Of a stretch of DNA of 64,000 bases, positions 10,273 to 20,942 are shown in pieces (the stretch's first letter is position 1; each line of letters begins with the position of its first letter). Position numbers and translations under genes: made by a program. The stretch spans positions 1,569,221-1,633,220 of the forward strand of contig CAWHAE010000012.1 in assembly GCA_963827235.1 (NCBI GenBank). The letters run 5' to 3'. Below the pieces are notes generated by a model. That model ran no database searches and was not told the origin of the DNA. It saw only the letters and a program-made list of their open reading frames with translations. The stretch is from an uncultured bacterium. GTDB lineage: Bacteria; Chloroflexota; UBA5177; JANWHV01.

Positions 10273-13200
10273 ATGGCTGGCGAGTATCTGACCAGCACGC
10301 AGGTGGCGCGACTTCTGGGCATCTCGAAGAGCGGTGTGCTGCGGGCCGTGGACGCGGGCCAGCTACACGCCGTCTACCGCATGCCGGGCGGCGCTCACCG
10401 CTTCATGTTGCCCGACGTGGAGCGCTACGCGCAGTGGCGGGAGCTGCGCCAGAAGGTGGAGGAGCAGGCCAAGGCGGTGCTGCGGACCGAGGCACTGCAG
10501 GTCGCCGCGAATGGCGGATCGGAGATGGCGGGCTGGATGGAGCGACTGGCCGGGGTAACGGGGGAGGGAGAAGCCGACGCCGGGACGGAGATCGGCAATC
10601 TGCTGGCCTTGCTGGCGGACAGCCTGCAAGTCGGCGCGACCCTGCTCGCCCGGTGCGAGGATCGGGCATGGCCCATCGCCTACGTGCACGACCGTGCCGG
10701 TCTAGGACTGCAGGCCGGCAGCCTGCTGCCCTGGCCGGAGGTGCTCACGCGGGCGCTTGGAGCGGGACCGTCGGCGGCGCTGCTGGTCGAGGATGTACGG
10801 ACCGATGCCCGGCTTGCCCTCATGGCGGAGCCGGCACAGCTGGGCGTAGGCACGCTCACCGCGGTGCCGGTGCACACGACGGACGGACAGCTCTTTGGTG
10901 GCCTGTGCACGCTGCACCCTGCCACGCGGACCGTGCCGGGCGGGGAGGTAGCGCTGCTGCGCCTGGCCGGGCGGATGGCCATGCAGGCGGTGGAGGAGGC
11001 CGGACTGCGCGAACGGGAGCGGCAGGCGGCGCAGCGGGCGGCCCGCTTGGCGGCCATCGTGGAGCAGTCGGGCGATGCCGTCTTCCGCATGTCGGCGTCC
11101 GGCCGGATCGAGACCTGGAATGCGGGTGCCGTCCGGCTCTACGGGTATGAGGAAGAGGAGGTGATCGGCCAGAGCATCCGCATGCTGGCGCCCGCCGAGC
11201 GCGCACACGAACAGTCGATCGTGTTGGAGCGACTCGGGCATGGCCAGGACATCGTGGACTTCGAGACGGTACGACGGCACAAAGGCGGCAGTCCGATCGA
11301 CGTCTCGATGACCATCTCCGGCATTTGGGACGCGGACGGCCGGCTGCTGGGCGGCTCGGTGATCTCGCGGGACATCGGCGATCGGATGCGAGCGCGCCGA
11401 GCGCAGGAGGAGCAGGCGCAGGAGGATGCGGCGGTAGCGGCGGTCAGCGCCGCGCTGGCGGGCTCCCTGGACCTCGACGAGGTCTCTCAGGCTATCGTGG
11501 ACCAGGCGGCCCGTCTGCTCCCCTGTGACCTTGCCGCTGTCCTGGAATACCAGGGTGAGACGGCGGTCGTGGCCGCCAGCTCCGGTCCCTTGCGGGTCCC
11601 GGCAGGCGATCGCTACACGTGGCAGCCGGATACCAAGGGGCGGTGGTCCGACATGACCCAGGCAAGACTGTATGTGCCGGACATGGCCGCCGAATCAGGC
11701 CGGCAAGCCGTGGATGCCGGTGCATCCGGCCCGGCCCTGCGCAGCGTCGTGCACGTGCCGCTGGCGCAGCAAGGAGAAGCGGCCGGGTGCCTGATCGTCG
11801 CCAGCCTGGCGCCCCACGCCTATTCGGCACGGCACGTCCGGCTGGCGGTCAGATTGGGCGAGTATGCCGCCCGGGCTCTGAGCAATGCTCGGCTCTACGC
11901 CTCATTGCGCCGCAGCGAGCAGGACTTCCGCTTGCTGGCGGAGAACTCCGCGGACGTGATCGCGCGACTCTCGCCGGACCTGATCGTGCGCTACGTCTCG
12001 CCCGCCGTGCGCTTGCTGCTGGGCTACGAGCCGGCGCAGGTGGTGGGCCGGCAGGTCGTGGACCACGTTCACCCCGACGACCGGGAGGCCTACGCCCGCG
12101 CCGTGGGGCGGGTCCTCGCCGAGCCGGTAACTGAGGCCATCACCTATCAGCATCGGCACGCGGACGGCCGCTATGTCTGGGTGGAGTCGACCGGCCATGC
12201 CGTACGGGATCCGGCTACGGGCGCGGTGCTGGAGATCCAGGCTGCCGTGCGGGACATCTCGGTGCGCAAGCAGGCCGAGGAGGCGCTGCGGCAGGTGGCG
12301 GAGGAGCGCGCCGAACGGGCGGCGGTAGCGGAGGCCCTGGCCGAGGCCGGCGCCTTGCTCGCCAGCTCACTGGACGTGGAGCACATCCACGACGCCATTC
12401 TGCAGGCGCTGCCCCGGCTGGTGCCCAGCACGACGACGCACGTCGTCGTCTACCGCGAGGGCTGGGCCGTGGTCGCGGGCGCGCATGGTACGCCGCGGCT
12501 GCCGGTCGGGACGCGGCTGGCCCGGCTGGAGGGCGCTGAAGGCATGTTCCCGCAGTCGCCGGAGCAGGCCCGCTTGCTGCACGAGACGCGCGGGGCGCCG
12601 GGCTGGCAGAACATCGACCCCTGGGTGGGCGAGCAGGAGACACGCAGTGCCATCCTGCAGCCGATCATCGTGCGCGGCGAGACGTATGGTGCCCTCGGTC
12701 TGGGCAGCGTGACACCGTACCGCTTCACCGAACGCCACGTCTACATTGCCCAAGCCTTTGCCGAGCGGCTGGGCCAGGCGCTTTGGAATGCTCGGCTCTA
12801 CCAGTTGGAGCAGGAGCGGGCCCGGGCCGCGGAACGCCTTGCCGCGCTGCGCAATGACTTTGTCACCGCGGTGAACCATGAGCTGCGCACACCGCTGACC
12901 GCCGCGCTGGGCTATGCGGAGCTGCTGGCGGGACAGTGGTCCCAGTTGAGCGATGCGCAGCGGCAGCTGCACGTGCAGCGTATCGTCCTGGCGGCGAACC
13001 GCCAGAAGCGGCTGATCGACGATTTGCTGCGGGCCGGCACGTACGAGGAGCATCAGCTGAGTGCCCGGCAGGAACATGTACGCGTGCTGGAGGTGGTAGC
13101 ACGGGCCAGGGCGCTGGCGAACGCCAGCTATGCGGAACAGCGCATCGACGCCGTGGGATCGCCGGATCTGGAGGCCGTGGCCGACCCGTCCCATCTGGAG

Positions 13201-13602
13201 CAGGTGCTGGTTAACCTGCTGGACAATGCCGCCAAGTACTCTCCTGAAGGCAGTCCCATCGAGGTACGCTGGGCGACGGAGGACGGCATGGCGGTCATCC
13301 GGGTGCGCGACCATGGACACGGCATCCCGGAGGAGGGACGTGGCATCCTGTTCACGCGTTTTGGCCGCCTGCCGGGGAGCGGCATGCGGCCCGGCCGTGT
13401 CGGTACCGGCCTGGGTCTCTACCTGGGTCGTGCCTACGCGGAAGCCATGGGCGGCTCGCTCGACCTGGAGGTCACAGGAGCGAGCGGCAGTATCTTCTGC
13501 CTCCGGCTGCCCGTTCACTGCCCTGAAACGGCCGGCCGGGAGTGTTGCGGCGAGGGTACTGCCCGGGCCGCCCCCCGCTCGCCCGCTGCCAATCGGGTGT
13601 GA
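10273..13602 (+). CDS. Soluble histidine kinase: excisionase/MerR-like HTH-GAF-PAS-GAF-PAS-GAF-HisKA-HATPase
   Basis: YLTSTQVARLLGIS..YRMPGGAHRF HTH; WNAGAVRLYGY and HPDD PAS motifs; HELRTPL, NLLDNAAKYS and GTGLGL. Confidence 0.92.
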   Translation: MAGEYLTSTQVARLLGISKSGVLRAVDAGQLHAVYRMPGGAHRFMLPDVERYAQWRELRQKVEEQAKAVLRTEALQVAANGGSEMAGWMERLAGVTGEGEADAGTEIGNLLALLADSLQVGATLLARCEDRAWPIAYVHDRAGLGLQAGSLLPWPEVLTRALGAGPSAALLVEDVRTDARLALMAEPAQLGVGTLTAVPVHTTDGQLFGGLCTLHPATRTVPGGEVALLRLAGRMAMQAVEEAGLRERERQAAQRAARLAAIVEQSGDAVFRMSASGRIETWNAGAVRLYGYEEEEVIGQSIRMLAPAERAHEQSIVLERLGHGQDIVDFETVRRHKGGSPIDVSMTISGIWDADGRLLGGSVISRDIGDRMRARRAQEEQAQEDAAVAAVSAALAGSLDLDEVSQAIVDQAARLLPCDLAAVLEYQGETAVVAASSGPLRVPAGDRYTWQPDTKGRWSDMTQARLYVPDMAAESGRQAVDAGASGPALRSVVHVPLAQQGEAAGCLIVASLAPHAYSARHVRLAVRLGEYAARALSNARLYASLRRSEQDFRLLAENSADVIARLSPDLIVRYVSPAVRLLLGYEPAQVVGRQVVDHVHPDDREAYARAVGRVLAEPVTEAITYQHRHADGRYVWVESTGHAVRDPATGAVLEIQAAVRDISVRKQAEEALRQVAEERAERAAVAEALAEAGALLASSLDVEHIHDAILQALPRLVPSTTTHVVVYREGWAVVAGAHGTPRLPVGTRLARLEGAEGMFPQSPEQARLLHETRGAPGWQNIDPWVGEQETRSAILQPIIVRGETYGALGLGSVTPYRFTERHVYIAQAFAERLGQALWNARLYQLEQERARAAERLAALRNDFVTAVNHELRTPLTAALGYAELLAGQWSQLSDAQRQLHVQRIVLAANRQKRLIDDLLRAGTYEEHQLSARQEHVRVLEVVARARALANASYAEQRIDAVGSPDLEAVADPSHLEQVLVNLLDNAAKYSPEGSPIEVRWATEDGMAVIRVRDHGHGIPEEGRGILFTRFGRLPGSGMRPGRVGTGLGLYLGRAYAEAMGGSLDLEVTGASGSIFCLRLPVHCPETAGRECCGEGTARAAPRSPAANRV

Positions 13603-13666
13603 TGGCAGCACCGGATAGCCTGGCCGTGGGCCTGTCCGCGTGGAAGCATCCCATGGGACCACCTGC

Positions 13667-13945
13667 TCATGCCGGCTTCATGTAGTCGTGATTCCTGTTC
13701 ACAACCTCAAAGCCAACTGATTCATAGAGGCATATCGCCGCTCTATTCGACTCGCCGCGCCGAAACCCGTGCCGCTCCAGAAAGGCAATGCGCCGGGCAT
13801 CGTCCTGCCGGGCCATAGCGATACAGGGGTCGCCCCAGCGCGTCGGGTCGCGCCGGCGGAGCAGGCTGAGACGGCTTTCTGCCCAGTCTAGCGCTTCCTC
13901 CTCGATGCCCGTCCAGGCATACTCTACAGCTTGGCTGCGGCATCA
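13667..13945 (-). pseudogene. Internally deleted GNAT acetyltransferase remnant
   Basis: Start-less frame absent from the ORF track, reading EEEALDWAE..DDARRIAFLERHGF directly joined to SNRAAICLYESVGF..MKPA*. Confidence 0.55.
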
Positions 13946-14289
13946 ATGTTCGCAATACAGGTCACTGCACCGCAGAACGGTGCGCCATCGACGTGCTACA
14001 TGGCGTCTGGCTACGAAACAACCGCGGGGGACGCGCACATCTGACCGCTTGTACCTTTCAAGGCCGCATGGCCGGCCTATTTACCGGCCAGCAGGCAAGC
14101 ACAACGCTGGTGGACTGCGCCTTTGTGGCCGAGGAGCATCCGATCGTCTTTCGCCTTGATCATCGGGGAAGCATATCCGTCAACGGTAACGCTGCGACGG
14201 ACAGTGCCGTTTCCGGCCTGGTAGTACGTGAGATGGGCATGCATCACGCTGCTACTTCTCCGGAGTCGCACGAACCTGAAGCACCGTGA

Positions 14290-14557
14290 ACAAGTGTGTA
14301 GCTATCGGCGCATCGATTACGCCGAGCTTGACTCCGTGCCACGGCCCAGTAGGGCTGCGGCACTGCGAGCCATGCGAGCAGAAGCGGATGCGGAGAGCGT
14401 GCGCACCATAGCGATACCCCGGATCGGAGCAGGCTACGGCGGTCTCTCCTGGAAACGCGTGCGCGTGGTAATCGAGTCAGTGTTCGCCGATTGGCGCGGT
14501 GTGCTCTTCGTGTACGAGGAGTACGTCCCCGAGAGCACCGATCGGTCGGTGTCGTAG
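14290..14557 (+). pseudogene. C-terminal remnant of macro-domain (ADP-ribose binding/hydrolase) protein
   Basis: TIAIPRIGAGYGGLSW..V..VIE..F motif; no N-terminal GD/NxxN part. Confidence 0.65.
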
Positions 14558-14735
14558 CCAACCAGCGGAAGCCCGTCCGGTTCGTGCCTGAGCACAAGCT
14601 CTGGCGGGGGCCGCTGTCTGTACCACGCGCGCGCCGTTCGCGTGCGCCGGCTTCGCCTGCAGCATCATGCGCTTCTGTGCTTATAGACCACCTGGCCTGC
14701 CGACGGCCACAGACCGTACTAGCTCATTAGAGCTC

Positions 14736-16385
14736 TCAGATTGATCGCGCGAGGGAGTGCAAGACGATAGCTTGCGCCTGGTCAACGATTGCGTCGAGGT
14801 GACCTTGATCCTTGAAGCTCTCCGCGTAGATCTTGTAGATGTCCTCGGTGCCGGACGGCCGCGCCGCGAACCAGCCGTTGGCCGACACGACCTTGAGACC
14901 ATCGATGGGCGCGTCGTTGCCGGGTGCGCGCGTGAACTTGGCGATGATGGGCTCGCCCGCCAACTCAGTGGCGGCGACGGCATCCGGTGCTAGCTTGCTC
15001 AGCACAGCTTTCTGCGCCGGCGTGGCCGCCACGTCCACGCGGGTGTACCACGCCATGCCAAGGTCATTGGTGATCTCTAGGTAGTGTTCTCCAGGATCCT
15101 TGCCGGAGCACGCGGTGATCTCGGCAGCGAGCAGGTCCAGGAGCAAACCATCTTTGTCCGTGGTCCAAACGGAGCCGTCTTTGCGCAAGAAGCTGGCACC
15201 GGCACTCTCCTCGCCCCCGAAGCAGAGGGTACTGTCGAGCAGTCCCGGCACGAACCACTTGAATCCCACAGGGACCTCCATCAGGCGCCTGCCTTGCTGC
15301 GCCGCCACTCGATCGATGCTGCTGCTGCTGACCACCGTCTTGCCGACCGCACACCCGGCCGACCAGCCAGGACGGTGGCCCAAGAGGTAGCGGATGGCGA
15401 CTGCAAGATAGTGGTTGGGGTTGAGCAGCCCGACGGAAGGGGCGACGATGCCGTGGCGGTCCGCGTCAGGATCCGCGCCAAACGCCACCTGGTAGCGGTC
15501 CTTGAGCCCGATCAGGCCGGCCATGGCGTAGGGGCTCGAACAGTCCATGCGGATGACGCCGTCGTGATCCACGGTCATGAAGCCGAAGGTCGGGTCGAGC
15601 CGCTGATTGACTACCGTGAGGTCCAGGTGGTAGAGCTCGGCAATCCGCGACCAGTAGGGCAGGGAGGCACCGCCCAGCGGATCCACGCCGAGCTTGAGAC
15701 CGGCATCGCGCACGACCCGCAGGTCAAGCACGTTCTCGAGATCCTGCACGTAGGACAGGACGAAGTCGACCTGATGCGTGGTTGCCGCGTGCAACGCCTG
15801 ATCGAATGAAAGGCGCCGGACCTGAGCGTTGGCGGTACGGAGCAACTCGTTGGCGCGGTCCTGGATCCAGCCGGTCACCGTCGTGTCCGCCGGGCCACCG
15901 CTTGGCGGGTTGTACTTGAAGCCGCCGTCGCCCGGCGGGTTGTGCGACGGCGAGGCGATGATGCCGTCGGCATGCCGTGCGCCAGACGACCGATTATGGC
16001 TCAGGATGGCATGCGATATGACCGGTACCGGCGTCACGCCGTCGTCCTGCTGTACGACGGTCTCCACGCCGTTCGCGGCAAGCACTTCAAGGGCCGTCCG
16101 CTGGGCCGGTCCAGAAAGCGCGTGCGTATCCTTCCCGAGGTAGAGCGGACCCGCGATATCCCGGCCACGCCGATAGTCACAGATGGCCTGCGTAATCGCC
16201 AGAATATGGGCTTCGGTGAAGGAGCCGTCCGTGGGTGTGCCACGATGACCGCTCGTGCCGAAATGCACGAGCTGGCCTGGATCATCCAGATTGGGTTCGC
16301 GCGTGTAGTACTGCCGCTCAAGCGAGGCCACGTCGATGAGCAGATCTGCAGGAGCCGGCTTACCCGCCAGGGGACTGATGCTCAT
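14736..16385 (-). CDS. pgm: Phosphoglucomutase, alpha-D-glucose phosphate-specific
   Basis: [28 protein letters not shown] and [15 protein letters not shown] motifs. Confidence 0.97.
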   Translation of the reverse strand: MSISPLAGKPAPADLLIDVASLERQYYTREPNLDDPGQLVHFGTSGHRGTPTDGSFTEAHILAITQAICDYRRGRDIAGPLYLGKDTHALSGPAQRTALEVLAANGVETVVQQDDGVTPVPVISHAILSHNRSSGARHADGIIASPSHNPPGDGGFKYNPPSGGPADTTVTGWIQDRANELLRTANAQVRRLSFDQALHAATTHQVDFVLSYVQDLENVLDLRVVRDAGLKLGVDPLGGASLPYWSRIAELYHLDLTVVNQRLDPTFGFMTVDHDGVIRMDCSSPYAMAGLIGLKDRYQVAFGADPDADRHGIVAPSVGLLNPNHYLAVAIRYLLGHRPGWSAGCAVGKTVVSSSSIDRVAAQQGRRLMEVPVGFKWFVPGLLDSTLCFGGEESAGASFLRKDGSVWTTDKDGLLLDLLAAEITACSGKDPGEHYLEITNDLGMAWYTRVDVAATPAQKAVLSKLAPDAVAATELAGEPIIAKFTRAPGNDAPIDGLKVVSANGWFAARPSGTEDIYKIYAESFKDQGHLDAIVDQAQAIVLHSLARSI

Positions 16386-16562
16386 ACGATGCTCCCTGTT
16401 CTCATGCGTGCTCGAGTCCTACCGTTCCACCCTTTCATAGTACGCGTCGACCGTGTCAGGGACCACGTAGCGAACACGCCTCGCAGCCGCTCGGCAGCAC
16501 AGAACGGGGGCAGTCGTCACGGCAGTCTTGAACGGCCCAGCGCTGAAACATACTAGTAGCGC

Positions 16563-16817
16563 GTGTACAGCAAGCAGCGCGCTACGCTCAAGAAGATCTT
16601 TGACACGCCTACACGTACGGATATTGATTGGTCAGCCATCGAAAGCCTGTTCGAGGCGCTTGGTGCGGTGATGAAAGGCACGGGCGGCTCGCGGGTTGGG
16701 GTGAAACTCGGTGGTCGGTATGCAGTCTTTCACCGTCCCCATCCGCAGCCCAACATCGACAAGGGCACCGTGGAGCGCGTGCGTGACTTCCTTGAGAAAG
16801 CTGGAGCAAGGCCATGA
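16563..16817 (+). CDS. hicA: HicA-family toxin
   Basis: IDWSAIESLFEALG..GGSRV..VFHRPHP signature; overlaps hicB start. Confidence 0.9.
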   Translation: MYSKQRATLKKIFDTPTRTDIDWSAIESLFEALGAVMKGTGGSRVGVKLGGRYAVFHRPHPQPNIDKGTVERVRDFLEKAGARP

Positions 16818-17032
16818 TGTACAAGGGCTACGTCGGTTCGGTGATGTACGACGATGACGCCGGCATGCTGTTCGGCACCGTGACCAACATTGACGACGTG
16901 ATCACGTTCCAGGGCGCCAGTGTCGAGGAGATCCGCCAGGCCTTCCGCGACTCAGTGGATTTCTACCTGGAGTTTTGCGCTGAACAGGGTGACACGCCAC
17001 AGCAGCCGCGGCCGGTGCAAGTCGCAAGCTGA
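16814..17032 (+). CDS. hicB: HicB-family antitoxin, short form without C-terminal DNA-binding domain
   Basis: MYKGYVGSV.YDDDAG..G.V..I.DVITFQG.SVEE...AF.DSVD.YL. Confidence 0.9.
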   Translation: MMYKGYVGSVMYDDDAGMLFGTVTNIDDVITFQGASVEEIRQAFRDSVDFYLEFCAEQGDTPQQPRPVQVAS

Positions 17033-17080
17033 AGAGGGAGCTGACCCGGTCCGGGTTTCCCTTCCCGCAAGAGCGGGGTA

Positions 17081-17845
17081 CTACGTGCCAAGTCTGAGCC
17101 GATGCCCGGCAAAGAACGGGCACCAGTCAGCGGTACCGGGCTCGTTGAAGACGCAGCAGACGTCGAGGTCCGGCCAACCGGCAAGATACACCCAGACACT
17201 TCGCGCTGCCGGGGAAGCAAGGCCTTCCGGGAACAGCGCGACCAGCTGTTGGTAGGGCCGATCGACGACGAAGTCAAGCTGGATGATAGGGGTCGATGCG
17301 GTGTCGAGGGAGACAACTTCGAATTTGGGTCGGCGGGTGGTGTCTAGGTCAAGCTCGACGCCGGCACCCAGCTCGTCACGCGCGGCAGGGAGGATGAAAT
17401 CCCATGGCTCACCCGTGGGAAAGGTGAAGTACGCGCAGTGTGGGGCCAGCACGTCCCGCAGCATTGCCATGGCGGGGTGGAGACCGTCGAACCACGGCAG
17501 GTCAAACCCAACATGGTCGAGCGTGGTACACGTTACGGCACGGAGCCGGTCGCGGAGCTGCGTGGGTGCAATCGCCGTGTACCGATAGGGGCTGCGTCGC
17601 ACGGTTCCCGTCGCGTTCACCAGGGCAACTTCCAGGCCGCGATCGTCAAGCAGGAAGCGTGCCCTGGGCGTCGCGGCAGGTGTAAACCGCAGGGTCACCA
17701 ACGGCAGATACTCGGGTCGCGAGGGGGTGAGCGCGATCGTCGCATCCTGCCTCGTCCCAAAGGGAGCAAGCAGGTCGAATACAGCGTCGGCCAGGCGTGC
17801 CTCAACTGCCGGCACTACAAGCTCGATGGCCGTTAGGCAGTCCAT
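17081..17845 (-). CDS. Hypothetical protein
   Basis: 254-aa ORF with protein-like composition (LDHVGFDLPW, RRPKFEVV); no family recognised; start uncertain. Confidence 0.6.
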   Translation of the reverse strand: MDCLTAIELVVPAVEARLADAVFDLLAPFGTRQDATIALTPSRPEYLPLVTLRFTPAATPRARFLLDDRGLEVALVNATGTVRRSPYRYTAIAPTQLRDRLRAVTCTTLDHVGFDLPWFDGLHPAMAMLRDVLAPHCAYFTFPTGEPWDFILPAARDELGAGVELDLDTTRRPKFEVVSLDTASTPIIQLDFVVDRPYQQLVALFPEGLASPAARSVWVYLAGWPDLDVCCVFNEPGTADWCPFFAGHRLRLGT

Positions 17846-18045
17846 GTGCTGCAATGTAGCGTCAGCATCGGAAGGCAGGCTAGCAGTGTGAAGCTGATTA
17901 CATGCTGGCGTGGAGGGGACGCTCGGGGCGCCAGATTCTTCCCATTTGAAGGTGCAGCACGGCGAGCTCGAGGGGCCTTCAGCTGCGGTGGAACGCATCA
18001 GAACCCTAGGATGGACTGCTCACCCTGGGACAATCCATCGGCCTC

Positions 18046-20892
18046 TCACCGTTGTACGACGTTTGCGGCAGACTGGGCGCCGGCGGCGAGAGGGAGGCTG
18101 AGCCGGAAGGTGCTGCCGCCCGGGCCGGTCGCTTCCAGCTCGACCTCGCCGAGCATCGCCCGCGCAAGGCCGCGCGCCAGGTAGAGCCCCAGGCCGGTGC
18201 CGACTCGACCGGCCCGTATGCGGCTGCCGGGCAGGCGGCCGAAGCGGGTGAAGAGCCGCTCCCTGCCCCGCTCCGACACACCCGCACCAAAGTCGCGCAC
18301 CCGTACGTCGGCGTGCGCGCTGTTCTGTGACCACGACACGTGAATGGGGAATCCCTCGGGGGAGTACTTGGCGGCGTTGTCGATCAGATTCAAGAGAATC
18401 TGCAGGGCGCGATCGGGATCGGCCAGCACCTGCAGGTCGGCTGGACCCGCGAGATCGATCGCCTGGCCCTGGTAACTCGTCCTGATCTCCTCGACCGCGC
18501 GCCTGACCAGGCGGTCCAATACCACTGGCTCCGGGCCGGCCACGACAGGGCCAGACTCGAGGCGGCTGAGCAGGAGCAATTCCTCGATCAGACGTTTCTG
18601 CCGGTTTGCCGAGGTAACGATACGGTGGACCATCTTCAGGCGATCCGGATCGTCCAGCCGGCGCCACTGCGCCTCCAGCAGCTCGGCGTAGCCGACGACG
18701 GCCGTGAGCGGAGAGCGGAGCTCGTGACTCACCGTGGCCACGAAGCCGCTGCGCAGCTCCGCCAGCTCTTCCGCGGCCGCAGCCTGCCGCGCCAGGACCT
18801 CCTCGGCGCGCTTCAGCTCGGTCACATCGCGTGAGATACCCACGAGCCCCACCACGCTGCCGTCCCGCACGACGGGCACCTTCGTAGCCTGGATCCAGCA
18901 AAGCCGCTGCGCGAAGGCGGCGTGATCTTCGATGACGCCAATCAGAGGCTGCCGCGTCCGCATCATCTCCTGCTCCGCGTCGTAGAGCACTTGGGCCACG
19001 TCGCGTGGGTAGAAGTCGAAATCGGTCTTGCCGATCTCCTCGGCCCGGCTCTGCAGGCCGACGTACGCCGCGTGGGCCTTGTTGGCCCTGACGAGGCGAG
19101 AGCTGCGATCCTTGAAGTAGATGTAGTCAGGGACCGCGTCGAGCAGGGTCTGTAGCAGCTGCCGCTCGGCTTCCAGGGAGCGGAGCAGATCGTTGCGTTC
19201 CAGGGCCGCTGAAAGGTAGCCGGCCAGCTGGGAGAGGCCGTCGAAGGTCTCGGGGATCGCTCCCGACCCTGCGCCGTCGCCAGGGCCGGCGAGGGCGAGG
19301 ACTCCCCAGTCGTTCCCAGCCGTGCGCATGGGCAGGACGAGCACGGGGTCATCCTCTCCCACCCCTGGCGCGGTGAGGAGCTCCTCAGGGGGGAAGGCAT
19401 CTGCCGCCCAGCTGCTGCCCGGGGTCACCGGTGGGACGCCGTCACGGACGTAGGAGCCAGCGACCGTGAGACGGCGCGACCGCCCATCCTCACCGGGCTC
19501 GTCCCAGCGGGCCAGACAGCCGCGCCGTACCGGCGAGTGGGCAAGCCAGGCGAGATCGAGCAAGCGCTCGCCGGTCAGGTTCGCGAGCCGCCCGACGAGC
19601 CTAGAGCTGCGCCCGATGAAGTCATCGATGAACTCACCTCGGCGCTCGGCGACCGCGCCTGCGGCGCGCAGGCAGTACAGCCTGGCCTGGCGCAGGTAGG
19701 CGGCGATACGCTTCCGCGCGGTATTGTGTTGCCGCGCGATGGTGGCGGCCTGTTCGAGCACCGCCAACACGCGGTCGAGGGCGTCGGCATCTGCCGCGCA
19801 GCCGCCGGCCACCTGCCAGGCCTCGGCCAGCAGCGCCTCCGGTGGCAGCACGTCGCCCGTGGCGGCAGCCTCCAGTCCCGCCGCGATCGCGGTGAGGGCG
19901 GGCCAGAGGGACCCGGACTGGCCCTGCGGCGGCAGGGGATCGGGAGCCAGCAGCGCAGCCGCTAACTCCTGTGCGAGGGGCTCCTCCCGTGCCGGGCGCA
20001 CCGCGCGGGGCGTGCCGGCACGCCGGCCAGACCCGGCAGGCTCCCGGCAACCGCAGGACCCGCGGAGGATCAGCGGGGCGTCGAGAGAGGACACGCCGGC
20101 GTTGGCGGAGTTTCCCACCAACTGCGCCAGCAGCAGTGAGGCTGCCGTCCTGCCAAGCGTGTCGGGGTGCTGGCGGACGGTGGTCAGAGCCGGCGTGCTG
20201 TGCCGGGCCGGCGGCGCGTCGCCGAAGCCGACCACGGCCAGGTCCTCGGGCACGCGACGGCCGAAAGCCCGGGCAGCGTGCAGCACGGCCAGAGCGATGG
20301 CGTCGGTCTCGGCGAAGACCGCGGTACAGGGCGAGTCCGCGGCGAGCAGGCGGTGCATTGCCGCCGCTACGTTGCTCACGTCGTTCTCGGTGTCCGCGAG
20401 GTAGAGCAGGCCAGGATCGGGCTCGAGGCCGCGCTCGTGGAAGGCGTGCAGGTAGCCTGCGTGGCGTCTCCGCAGGTCGCGGCGTGCGAGGAGGCCGAAG
20501 AAAGCGATATGGCGATGGCCGTGGTCGAGGAGGTGGCGCACCGCGGCCAGGGCGCCGGCGGCATCGTCCGTGCAGACGTTCAGGCAGGGGAGGCCGAGGT
20601 GGCTGCCGGCAATGGTGACGAGCGGCCGGCCCGCCTGCAGGAGCATCCGCGCGTCGCCGCTCGTGACGGCATCCTGGACGACGATCCAGGCGTCGATGCT
20701 GTGCTGCGGGTAGGAGACCAGCTCGCCCGGGACGGGGACGGCGTCGTGGTCGAGCAGTGGCGGGAGGGTCTGGATAACGATCAATCGCGCACCATTGGCG
20801 CGTGCCACCTGGTGAATGCCGCGCAGCACGCCGCGGAAGTAGTAGCCCCGGCACATCGGTAGCAGCACGCCAACCGTGCGCTTCTCGGACAT
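18046..20892 (-). CDS. Soluble histidine kinase: LacI-type ligand-binding domain, helical/GAF-like region, PAS, HisKA, HATPase
   Basis: AVRHLLDHGHRHIAF, RVPEDLAVVGFGD and LTTVRQ motifs; PDYIYFKD..IGKTDFDF PAS; HELRSPL; GTGLGL. Confidence 0.92.
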   Translation of the reverse strand: MSEKRTVGVLLPMCRGYYFRGVLRGIHQVARANGARLIVIQTLPPLLDHDAVPVPGELVSYPQHSIDAWIVVQDAVTSGDARMLLQAGRPLVTIAGSHLGLPCLNVCTDDAAGALAAVRHLLDHGHRHIAFFGLLARRDLRRRHAGYLHAFHERGLEPDPGLLYLADTENDVSNVAAAMHRLLAADSPCTAVFAETDAIALAVLHAARAFGRRVPEDLAVVGFGDAPPARHSTPALTTVRQHPDTLGRTAASLLLAQLVGNSANAGVSSLDAPLILRGSCGCREPAGSGRRAGTPRAVRPAREEPLAQELAAALLAPDPLPPQGQSGSLWPALTAIAAGLEAAATGDVLPPEALLAEAWQVAGGCAADADALDRVLAVLEQAATIARQHNTARKRIAAYLRQARLYCLRAAGAVAERRGEFIDDFIGRSSRLVGRLANLTGERLLDLAWLAHSPVRRGCLARWDEPGEDGRSRRLTVAGSYVRDGVPPVTPGSSWAADAFPPEELLTAPGVGEDDPVLVLPMRTAGNDWGVLALAGPGDGAGSGAIPETFDGLSQLAGYLSAALERNDLLRSLEAERQLLQTLLDAVPDYIYFKDRSSRLVRANKAHAAYVGLQSRAEEIGKTDFDFYPRDVAQVLYDAEQEMMRTRQPLIGVIEDHAAFAQRLCWIQATKVPVVRDGSVVGLVGISRDVTELKRAEEVLARQAAAAEELAELRSGFVATVSHELRSPLTAVVGYAELLEAQWRRLDDPDRLKMVHRIVTSANRQKRLIEELLLLSRLESGPVVAGPEPVVLDRLVRRAVEEIRTSYQGQAIDLAGPADLQVLADPDRALQILLNLIDNAAKYSPEGFPIHVSWSQNSAHADVRVRDFGAGVSERGRERLFTRFGRLPGSRIRAGRVGTGLGLYLARGLARAMLGEVELEATGPGGSTFRLSLPLAAGAQSAANVVQR

Positions 20893-20942
20893 GGGCAGAT
20901 CCTCCTCAGTAGCGATGCGGCGTGTTGCCGCACGCCGCATCG

